Part shown: positions 1 through 6,216 of the stretch, one piece after another
Layout: each line of letters starts with the position of its first letter
How positions within the stretch are numbered: position 1 is the stretch's first letter
Source: an uncultured Thermotogaceae bacterium
Lineage (GTDB): Bacteria; Thermotogota; Thermotogae; MWEM01
DNA length: 11,017 bases
Direction of reading: 5' to 3'
Assembly: GCA_964449405.1 (NCBI GenBank)
Contig: CAYUYU010000080.1
Location: 1-11,017, forward strand
Position numbers and translations under genes: made by a program
The notes under the pieces: generated by a model
What the model was told of the DNA's origin: nothing
What the model saw: only the letters and a program-made list of their open reading frames with translations
Databases searched by the model: none

Positions 1-1
1 T

Positions 2-342
2 TATGCCGTTCTCCGGGTTTGTTACAAGAATCGTTACATTCGTGCACATCATGAGACAATGAGAAAGTATTATTCAGAGTAAGAAAACGCGATGTGGATG
101 CCTATGAGCATGTGAATAATACGGTGTATGCCTACTGGATCAACGAGTCCGTCCCGGATGAAGTGACGGATCAGATGATGTTGAAAAATCTAAGGATTTA
201 TTATAAACGAGAAACAACGTATCCCAATGATATTCATATCCATAATAAGGCTGTCGATAAAGATCGTATCTTGCATCGGATTGACCAAACTGATGGGAAG
301 AGCCTGGTTTATGCGGAGAGTTTTTGGAGAGAGAAAAAATGA
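2..342 (+). pseudogene. Acyl-ACP thioesterase (FatA/FatB-type), C-terminal hotdog domain only. The reading frame is broken near 52-82, and the 5' part of the gene lies upstream of the window.
   Basis: Frame 1 from 55 reads ...FRVRKRDVDAYEHVNNTVYAYWINESVPDEV...YYKRE.... This matches the C-terminal hotdog motif of acyl-ACP thioesterases (RxxDxDxNxHVNNxxYixWixEsiP ... YrrE). Frame 1 has TGA at 52-54. Frame 2 is open from position 2 to TAA at 80-82 (…HHETMRKYYSE*). A single 1-nt indel between 55 and 79 would join the two frames. The six-frame track only finds a GTG-initiated 82-aa ORF at 94..342. Confidence 0.4.
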
Positions 343-470
343 TATGCTCCATCTGTGGTGGATTTGGGCAATTCGTGAAATGCCCATACGAGTTTTGTAT
401 AGATTGGAAAATAACTGAATTGAGTTTTTAAATGAATACTGTCCCTCTCATATTAATAATCATGCTATAA

Positions 471-713
471 TTGAGTATGTTTTTAAAGAAAACGAACACT
501 GAAGGAAAACTATATCTCCAAGTCGTAAAATCTTACAGAGATAAACAAGGTATCAGCCGGCATAAGGTCATTTGTAACCTTGGCAGGCTGGATAAACTGC
601 GTAAAGACGAAAGCGCCAGAAGAATTCTCTTGGAATTACTGGAGTTATTACTGTCTGATGCGGATCAATCTTCAAAAGAAGAACATATTCAACAGAGTTT
701 TAATTGGGAATGA
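471..713 (+). pseudogene. Truncated IS1634-family (IS4 superfamily) transposase. Only the N-terminal ~60 aa are conserved, followed by a premature stop.
   Basis: The 80-aa ORF begins MSMFLKKTNTEGKLYLQVVKSYRDKQGISRHKVICNLGRLDKL. This matches the characteristic IS1634 transposase N-terminus (YxQxVxSYRdxxGxxRxxVixNLGrLD). Full-length proteins are about 500-600 aa. This one stops at 711-713 and is followed directly by a GC hairpin. Confidence 0.5.
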
Positions 714-721
714 AGTCTGTA

Positions 722-760
722 GGGGCGGACCGGTGTGTCCGCCCGTATTATTTGTTTTTG
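722..760 (+). terminator. Rho-independent terminator-like hairpin (8-bp GC stem GGGCGGAC/GTCCGCCC, 6-nt loop) followed by a T-rich tract. It sits between the transposase stub and the convergent peptidase gene.
   Basis: 723-730 GGGCGGAC and 737-744 GTCCGCCC are perfectly complementary. Then GTATTATTTGTTTTTG follows. The minus-strand gene ends at 764, so the hairpin may serve both directions. The A-tract lies upstream when read on the minus strand. Confidence 0.5.
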
Positions 761-763
761 TTA

Positions 764-2044
764 TCACTGATAATAAATTTGCGGTTCCTGAATTAATATA
801 GGTGTTCGTTCAGTAAGGACAAAGGATTGATAAATTGGTGCACCTGCATCAGGAAAATTATGGTTTTTGGTACATTTGTAGCAATAATAGTACAATTTGA
901 GTATGTTGTTACCAAACGCCGGGTTTGTTAGTGCTTGAACATTTGGCCAGTTGGCAGGATCAGTCCAAAGTTCCATTTGAAGGAGAAAATCGCTTGTAAA
1001 CTCGATGTATTGATCTTCAGCCCAATTATGATCAGTGATTCCCTCTGCTGAATCCCAGTCTCCATAAGCGTTCTTAGCGCTGGTGGTTGATGAGATAACC
1101 ATATCAACGTTTTGCATAGCTTGAGTTTGGAAATAATCAGTCCAACTCCCACCATGACAGGTTTCAAATATCAAGGTAAAGGTAACATTTTGATATTCAT
1201 TCATTAATGTTTTCAAAGTTGCACAATTGTATCCATAACCACCCATATTCATATATTGATAAGCGCCATGGGCAATAAAATAAAGCGTTAGATTAGTTAC
1301 CCCTTTATTGTTAATCAGATCCGCAACTGCATCATCTATATCTGCTGCTTGATTATTTGGATTTTCAAGCTTAACCACTCTTTCATCGCCAACTTCGCAG
1401 TTAAAGAGTTCCCACAAGGCATCAAACATCTGATCACTTGCTTGCATTGTTTCGTAATGTAAATTTTGTGACGGTGTCAATCCACAGGTTACTAAAGCAC
1501 CAAATTTTCTCAATTGAATTGGAAAAATATCATACCATCTAAAGATAACAGCCGGGATGAATACATGAGAGGGATTGTAAACAGTCCAGTTACCGGGATC
1601 TTTTGTAATTCTTGTGCTGTTTGGTTCTGTGAAAATATCAGGGATTTGCTGGTTCACGGTAGGCCATCCTTGCGTTTGCTCCTGAAACATGATCTTCCCC
1701 GTTTGACTAATGGCGAGAATTCTTCCGGGATGAGGATAAAACCCCCCCGGCTGTTCATCCAGATAGAAGAGCCAACCCGCTTCATTCACAGGATCTGATT
1801 GCCTTGCGGATGATTCTTCTTCTGTAGGGTCTTCAGAGGAGATGACATCTCCCACGTTTAAAGTACAGAGGAAATTGCCTACTGCGTTGACGGGAACATC
1901 CTCCTGATTGCCAATCCAAGTTACAAATTGGGTTTTCGCTCCTGTTAAATCAATTACAACTGCCACTCCACCACTACAGGAAAGCAGTATGAAACTCAGG
2001 AGGATGATCATGATTACAATAATCGCCGGTCTGATTCTTTTCAT
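764..2044 (-). CDS. Secreted lipoprotein with a clan-CD-like cysteine peptidase signature (legumain/gingipain/clostripain-like His...Cys dyad).
   Basis: 426-aa ORF. The N-terminus MKRIRPAIIVIMIILLSFILLSCSGG is a signal peptide with lipobox L-L-S-C. The motif ...LYFIAHGAYQ... is followed 37 residues later by ...TFTLIFETCHGGSW. This His-Gly then Cys order and spacing is typical of clan CD peptidases (C13 legumain EACESGS-like). The RBS is GGGGG with 9 nt to the ATG at 2044. Confidence 0.5.
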   Translation of the reverse strand: MKRIRPAIIVIMIILLSFILLSCSGGVAVVIDLTGAKTQFVTWIGNQEDVPVNAVGNFLCTLNVGDVISSEDPTEEESSARQSDPVNEAGWLFYLDEQPGGFYPHPGRILAISQTGKIMFQEQTQGWPTVNQQIPDIFTEPNSTRITKDPGNWTVYNPSHVFIPAVIFRWYDIFPIQLRKFGALVTCGLTPSQNLHYETMQASDQMFDALWELFNCEVGDERVVKLENPNNQAADIDDAVADLINNKGVTNLTLYFIAHGAYQYMNMGGYGYNCATLKTLMNEYQNVTFTLIFETCHGGSWTDYFQTQAMQNVDMVISSTTSAKNAYGDWDSAEGITDHNWAEDQYIEFTSDFLLQMELWTDPANWPNVQALTNPAFGNNILKLYYYCYKCTKNHNFPDAGAPIYQSFVLTERTPILIQEPQIYYQ

Positions 2045-2263
2045 TGTTATTACCCCCTTATTTTATGCTTGAAGAGAGAATAAAAAAGAATATCGCAACA
2101 TAATTGTAGCACTTGAACATTGCGTTTCTTTGATGATTGACAACAAAATTAGTTTCCTTTTAATGATAAAAGAAAGACAAAAAGCAAATAGTTCTAAAGT
2201 GCTTATATAAAAAATGGTAAATACTTCTAAAATTAAGCAGAAATTGCAATTGATAAGTTAATT

Positions 2264-2291
2264 TTGTTTTTTCAACCTTTCATGATATACT
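2264..2291 (+). promoter_or_regulatory. Candidate sigma-A promoter for the L-box/asd operon (-35 TTGTTT, 16-nt spacer, -10 TATACT).
   Basis: TTGTTT at 2264-2269 and TATACT at 2286-2291 lie about 50 nt upstream of the riboswitch aptamer. This is a sequence-only match to the consensus. Confidence 0.25.
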
Positions 2292-2337
2292 CAATGGGTA
2301 TTCGGGCAAGATGAATGCATTTTTGACAAGTTAATAT

Positions 2338-2510
2338 CCGAATCGGAGGCGTGTTCAAGATGAGTAAGCCGGTGTTAATGGGGATTTATCCGGCTGAAAG
2401 GTAAGAACACCGAAGGGTGTCGTTCTACCCCCAAAGGAACGATATCCTGGGAATACGGGAAATACCCGTATTACTGTCACAGTTTACTGTGGAGCGCTGG
2501 TTCAATGTGT
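2338..2510 (+). promoter_or_regulatory. Lysine riboswitch (L-box) aptamer in the leader of the asd-dapA-dapB-dapH operon.
   Basis: Conserved L-box blocks appear in the canonical order, compared with the B. subtilis lysC leader: GGAGGCG (AGAGGUGC block), UUCAAGAUGAGUAAGCC (UUCAAGAGUAUGCC), GGCUGAAAGGUAAG (GCUGAAAGGGGA), CACCGAAGGGUG (GCCGAAG), ACUGUCACAG (CUGUCA) and UGGAGCGCUGG (UGGAGGGCU). The element sits directly upstream of lysine-pathway genes. Confidence 0.7.
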
Positions 2511-2610
2511 TTGCGGTTCGTGTACATTAATGATCCCATTTTAGAATATTTTGTGGGTTACATAAGCAAATACTTTTAGAAAATGATTATTATTTAATAT
2601 AATGATTGAA

Positions 2611-2647
2611 AGGCGCTTCTTAACAATAAGAAGCGCCTTTTTTTTTG
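2611..2647 (+). terminator. Intrinsic terminator, probably the OFF-state expression platform of the lysine riboswitch.
   Basis: Perfect 12-bp stem AGGCGCTTCTTA (2611-2622) / TAAGAAGCGCCT (2627-2638) with a 4-nt loop ACAA, followed by a T-run (2638-2646). It lies about 100 nt after the aptamer and about 85 nt before the asd start. Confidence 0.7.
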
Positions 2648-2731
2648 CAGGATTGGGTGGGATTGACAGAGGACTTCAATTTAGTAAATCGGGTAAGATA
2701 AATTATAATGACATTTTATGGAGGTGTCAAT

Positions 2732-3742
2732 ATGAAAATCGGAGTAGCAGGAGCAACAGGGGAAGTTGGAAGAATGATGGTTCAGTTAATTGAAGAATTT
2801 GATTTACCTGTAGAAGCGTTAAGGGTGTTTGCTTCAAAACGTTCTGCAGGTTCACATATAAAGTATAAACACACGAATCTAAAAGTAGAGGAATTGACAG
2901 ATGAGGTCATGAGCGAGCAATACGATTATTTGCTTTTTTCCGCCGGTGGAGGTGTTTCGAAGCGCTTTGCACCTGCGGCAGCATCTGCTGGTAATGTAGT
3001 CATTGACAATTCTTCAGTTTTTCGAGCGGAAGATGGTATTCCTTTGGTAGTCCCTGAGATCAACGGGCATCTGCTTGAAAATTATCGTGGCATCATCGCC
3101 AACCCAAATTGTTCAACTATCCAGATGGTACTTGCCCTGAACGGCTTGAGAGATTTTGGGTTACGTGAAATCGTTGTTTCGACGTACCAGTCCATCTCCG
3201 GTGCCGGAAGAAAGGCGTTGGATGAGTATTACACCCAGATGGAATGGTTCGGAAAGGGGCAGAATGTCAGAGAAAACTTTGATAAATCTCAAAAAAAGGT
3301 CTTTGAAAAACCCATTTTTGCAAATGTGATCCCCTTGATTGGAGAGATTGATCCTGAGACCGGTATGAGCAGTGAGGATTTAAAGATGATTAACGAAACC
3401 AGAAAGATTTTTGGAGATGATTCGATTACCGTTTACCCTTTTGCGGCCAGGGTTGCCAGTGAATATGCTCATGGCGAATCGGTTCTAATCAAGCTTGAAG
3501 AAGACACAGATTTGTCTTCATTTGTTGAAGCTGTGCAGAGCACCCCAAATGTGAAATATTCAGTAGATATCGTGACTTCATCAGAGGCAGCCGGGACAGA
3601 CATTACATATGTTTCCAGAGTGAGAAAGATGGCACCGCGTGTGTTTATGATTTGGGTTGTTGCGGATAACATCAGGGTGGGTGCAGCCACAAACGCACTC
3701 AGAATACTTGCCGAACATCGGCGTATTAATCAAAGGAGATGA
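2732..3742 (+). CDS. asd: Aspartate-semialdehyde dehydrogenase.
   Basis: 337 aa. MKIGVAGATGEVGR NAD(P)-binding N-terminus. Active-site cysteine motif NPNCSTI. C-terminal ...VADNIRVGAATNA... is typical of Asd. The RBS GGAGGTG is 5 nt before the ATG at 2732. The track's upstream ATG at 2708 has no RBS. Confidence 0.9.
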   Translation: MKIGVAGATGEVGRMMVQLIEEFDLPVEALRVFASKRSAGSHIKYKHTNLKVEELTDEVMSEQYDYLLFSAGGGVSKRFAPAAASAGNVVIDNSSVFRAEDGIPLVVPEINGHLLENYRGIIANPNCSTIQMVLALNGLRDFGLREIVVSTYQSISGAGRKALDEYYTQMEWFGKGQNVRENFDKSQKKVFEKPIFANVIPLIGEIDPETGMSSEDLKMINETRKIFGDDSITVYPFAARVASEYAHGESVLIKLEEDTDLSSFVEAVQSTPNVKYSVDIVTSSEAAGTDITYVSRVRKMAPRVFMIWVVADNIRVGAATNALRILAEHRRINQRR

Positions 3743-3746
3743 TCAT

Positions 3747-4649
3747 ATGTTTCGAGGAGTAGGAACGGCTATCATAACGCCTTTTATCAATAGAATTGAA
3801 GGTTCTGTAACCAAAACAGAAGTGGATTTCAACGCATTGGAGAAATTTTGTGAATTTCAAATAGAAAACTCAGTCAGTGCCTTGGTGGTTCTGGGTACAA
3901 CAGGAGAAGCTCCCGCGATTGACCACAGCGAGAGAAGACAAATCGTAGAATCCGTAGTGCGTATTGCAAATGGATGCCTGTCCGTTATTGTTGGGACCGG
4001 AACGAATAACACACAACATTGTATCGAAAACAATAAAATGGCTGAAGAATCCGGTGCCGACGGCCTTTTGATTGTCACACCCTATTACAACAAATCAACA
4101 CAGAAAGGACTTGTCAGACATTTTACCCATATTGCTCAGGAAACAAATCTGCCCATCATTCTCTACAATGTTCCATCAAGGACATCAGTCAATCTTTTGC
4201 CTGAAACAGTCATTGAAATCTACAAGGCCAATCCAAATGTGATTGGTGTAAAAGAAGCCAGCGGTAATATCTCACAAATCGCCCGTTTGATGGCTATCAA
4301 ACCCAATGGACTAAAGGTATATTCAGGAAATGACGATCAAGCGCTTCCCATTATTGGACTTGGAGGGGATGGTTGTATTTCAGTGATATCCAACGTGCTC
4401 CCTTCTCAATTTAGTGCATTGGTAGATGAGGCCCTTTCGGGGAACTATCAGGAGGCCAGACGCTATCAAAAGATGCTTATTCCGATGATGAACGCCCTAT
4501 TCAACGAAGTCAATCCGATACCGGTGAAATATGCCTGTTTCAAAGAGGGGTATTGTGAAAATCTTTTGCGCCTTCCCCTCATAGAAGCATCCAAGGAAAC
4601 GCAGTTGCTGATCGATGTTCAATTGGAAAGACTGGGTGTTGCCATATGA
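3747..4649 (+). CDS. dapA: 4-hydroxy-tetrahydrodipicolinate synthase (dihydrodipicolinate synthase).
   Basis: 300 aa. MFRGVGTAIITPF..., GTTGE, ILYNVPSRT and the Schiff-base lysine context IGVKEASG. The RBS AAGGAG is 8 nt before the ATG at 3747. The longer track ORF from 3657 overlaps asd and lacks an RBS. Confidence 0.9.
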   Translation: MFRGVGTAIITPFINRIEGSVTKTEVDFNALEKFCEFQIENSVSALVVLGTTGEAPAIDHSERRQIVESVVRIANGCLSVIVGTGTNNTQHCIENNKMAEESGADGLLIVTPYYNKSTQKGLVRHFTHIAQETNLPIILYNVPSRTSVNLLPETVIEIYKANPNVIGVKEASGNISQIARLMAIKPNGLKVYSGNDDQALPIIGLGGDGCISVISNVLPSQFSALVDEALSGNYQEARRYQKMLIPMMNALFNEVNPIPVKYACFKEGYCENLLRLPLIEASKETQLLIDVQLERLGVAI

Positions 4650-5305
4650 AATACGGGATTATGGGTTATTCAGGTAGAATGGGAAGACTGATTCAGGAAG
4701 TCTTCAAAGAAAGAGGCCATGAGCTGGTTTATCGGTGCGATCTGAAAGAAGAATATAGAGATGATATTCCTCAAGTCATCGTGGACTTTTCCACTCCGAA
4801 AGCATTTGACCGGCTTATTGTGAAAGCTGAGGATTTCAATTGTTCACTGGTGGTGGGGACCACAGCGTTAAACGTGGAAGATATTGACACTTTGAAGGCA
4901 TACGCCAAGAAAAAAAGTGTCGTATATGCCAGAAACTTTTCAAAAGGAATCCTAATTATGAAAAATATTATTAAGGGACTCTCCGGAGAGGTTCATGACT
5001 GGGATATAGAAATCGTTGAAAAACACCATCGTAATAAAAAGGACAAACCCTCGGGAACCGCCAAAATGCTCGCTGAATCCTTTGACTTTGAAGTACCGAC
5101 ATCCAGTATTCGTGCCGGGGGAATCCCTGGAGAGCATTCTGTTCTGATCGCGGGATTAGGTGAGGTAATAGAAATCAAGCATCAGGCGATCTCTCCAAGA
5201 ACTTTTGCGGAGGGAGCATGTTTTTCTGCAGAGAGAATTATTAATATTGAAAAGGGTTTTTATACCTTTGATGAAATTTGTGCTATGGAGGAACAAGATG
5301 GATAG
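4646..5305 (+). CDS. dapB: 4-hydroxy-tetrahydrodipicolinate reductase, short form (~220 aa).
   Basis: 219 aa. MKYGIMGYSGRMGR nucleotide-binding N-terminus. Signature EIVEKHHRNKKDKPSGTA (E-x-x-E-x-HH-x-x-K-x-D-x-PSGTA). ATGA start/stop overlap with dapA suggests translational coupling. Confidence 0.85.
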   Translation: MKYGIMGYSGRMGRLIQEVFKERGHELVYRCDLKEEYRDDIPQVIVDFSTPKAFDRLIVKAEDFNCSLVVGTTALNVEDIDTLKAYAKKKSVVYARNFSKGILIMKNIIKGLSGEVHDWDIEIVEKHHRNKKDKPSGTAKMLAESFDFEVPTSSIRAGGIPGEHSVLIAGLGEVIEIKHQAISPRTFAEGACFSAERIINIEKGFYTFDEICAMEEQDG

Positions 5306-5984
5306 TTATGAACTGATCGATAAAATTGCCAATTCCCAAAAGCAGACGCCTATGAAAATCACTCTTAAAGGAAAACTGAGTGATGAAATTCTTGGTTTGA
5401 GGGGTTTTTTCGGAAACGAACAGTTTGGAATCTTGTTTTGCTCTTTGAAAGAATGGCAAAAGATAAAGAAAGAATATGCACATCTGCTCGAAGATTTTGT
5501 CATCGAATGCGATCGACGCAACTCTGCCATTCCCACGGCTGATTTGACAAAGTACAATGCCAGAATCGAACCGGGAGCCATCATTCGTGATTATGTGGAA
5601 ATAGGCGACGGGGCAGTAATCATGATGGGAGCCGTTTTGAATCTGGGCAGTGTGGTTGGCAAAGGGACGATGATTGACATGAACGTAGTTCTGGGTGGCC
5701 GGGCCCATGTTGGTGAAAACTGTCATATCGGAGCGGGGGCCGTACTTGCAGGTGTCATTGAGCCGCCCAGTGCTGAACCAGTCATTGTTGAAGATAACGT
5801 GCTGATCGGTGCGAATGCCGTTATAACAGAAGGTGTGAGAGTGGGGAAAAACGCGGTGATTGCAGCCGGATCAGTCGTTTTGAACAATGTGGAAGCCAAC
5901 TCGGTTTATGCTGGAATTCCGGCAAAAAAGACACAAGAAGTGGATGCCAAGACCAAGGGTAAAAGTCAAATGATCAAGGCATGA
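5298..5984 (+). CDS. dapH: 2,3,4,5-tetrahydropyridine-2,6-dicarboxylate N-acetyltransferase (acetylase branch of the DAP pathway).
   Basis: 228 aa. Matches Bacillus DapH almost block-for-block: DRRNSAIP, ARIEPGAIIRD, hexapeptide repeats IGDGAVIMMGAVLN...GGRAHVGENCHIGAGAVLAGVIEPPSAEPV. The RBS GGAGGAA is 5 nt before the ATG at 5298. An 8-nt overlap with the dapB stop. Confidence 0.9.
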   Translation: MDSYELIDKIANSQKQTPMKITLKGKLSDEILGLRGFFGNEQFGILFCSLKEWQKIKKEYAHLLEDFVIECDRRNSAIPTADLTKYNARIEPGAIIRDYVEIGDGAVIMMGAVLNLGSVVGKGTMIDMNVVLGGRAHVGENCHIGAGAVLAGVIEPPSAEPVIVEDNVLIGANAVITEGVRVGKNAVIAAGSVVLNNVEANSVYAGIPAKKTQEVDAKTKGKSQMIKA

Positions 5985-6216
5985 AGAAACCAGTAAAACG
6001 GGACCACCATCCTGGCAAATCATAAAAAAACTGCAAGTTCCGTATGAGACTGAATTTGATGTGGCGTCCAGGCTTTATAGCGCATTGGCGAAAGGTTCAA
6101 TAAATGTTAAAATGGTAATGATACCAGAAATCAAAATTTCTGTGTTAATTCCACATGTAAAGCTTGAAGAGGCTGTGAAATGCCTGAATGAGGGGTTTGA
6201 ATTATGTTTAGAATGA
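5974..6216 (+). pseudogene. Remnant of the C-terminal ACT regulatory domain of an aspartokinase. There is no upstream ATG. Possible internal starts are GTG at 6061 and ATG at 6112.
   Basis: Frame 1 is open from 5974 to TGA at 6214-6216. It reads ...DVASRLYSALAKGSINVKMVMIPEIKISVLIPHVKLEEAVKCLNEGFEL. This aligns with aspartokinase C-termini (GVAAKMFEALAEANINIEMISTSEIRISVLV....AVRALHEaFeL). The upstream 30 residues are degenerate. It overlaps the aminotransferase start by 13 nt. Confidence 0.45.

Noticed and set aside
140-418. Track ORFs 140..352(-), 190..387(-), 227..418(+).
   Set aside because: They are nested inside or antisense to the thioesterase hotdog-domain frame. They have no RBS and no recognisable motifs. 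The sense frame carries clear family signatures.
418-479. Short direct repeat AATTGAGT(n)TTTTAAA at 418-432 and 461-479 upstream of the transposase stub.
   Set aside because: Only about 8+7 nt in AT-rich DNA. It could be an IS-end vestige but cannot be distinguished from chance without an intact reference copy.
580-801. 73-aa + ORF overlapping the transposase stub in another frame and running through the hairpin.
   Set aside because: Alternative frame of the same DNA. It crosses a strong terminator hairpin and extends into the convergent gene's 3' end. No RBS.
11-932. Exact 12-mer CCGGGTTTGTTA present at 13-24 and 921-932.
   Set aside because: A few chance 12-mer pairs are expected in 11 kb, about 3 by a rough estimate. 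There are no extended flanking matches, so it is not evidence of a repeat element.
928-1798. Track ORFs 928..1167(-) and 1514..1798(+) inside the peptidase gene.
   Set aside because: Off-frame or antisense within a 426-aa ORF that has a lipobox and catalytic motifs. Low-complexity translations.
2128-2160. TTGACA at 2128-2133 as a + strand promoter.
   Set aside because: There is no acceptable -10 hexamer at 16-18 nt spacing (TTAATG at best). It lies 200 nt from the riboswitch. The 2264-2291 candidate is better placed, though also tentative.
2602-2793. 63-aa + ORF (MIERRFLTIRSAFFFAGLGG...) spanning the L-box terminator and the asd start.
   Set aside because: Its codons run straight through the 12-bp terminator stem and poly-T (hence the FFF). 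It overlaps the real asd start, which has a good RBS.
2708-3746. Longer N-terminal extensions proposed by the ORF track for asd (start 2708) and dapA (start 3657).
   Set aside because: The internal ATGs at 2732 and 3747 have well-spaced GGAGG-type RBSs and match the conserved protein N-termini. The upstream ATGs have no RBS, and the dapA extension would overlap asd by 86 nt.
5205-5297. Track start for dapH at 5205 (MRREHVFLQRELL...).
   Set aside because: That extension overlaps dapB by 100 nt. The conserved DapH N-terminus and the GGAGGAA RBS point to the ATG at 5298.
3469-5726. Antisense ORFs 3469..3690, 3857..4078, 4952..5137, 4993..5178, 5283..5726, 5306..5584 (all -).
   Set aside because: All lie antisense within strongly supported asd, dapA, dapB and dapH coding regions. 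No RBS or motif support.
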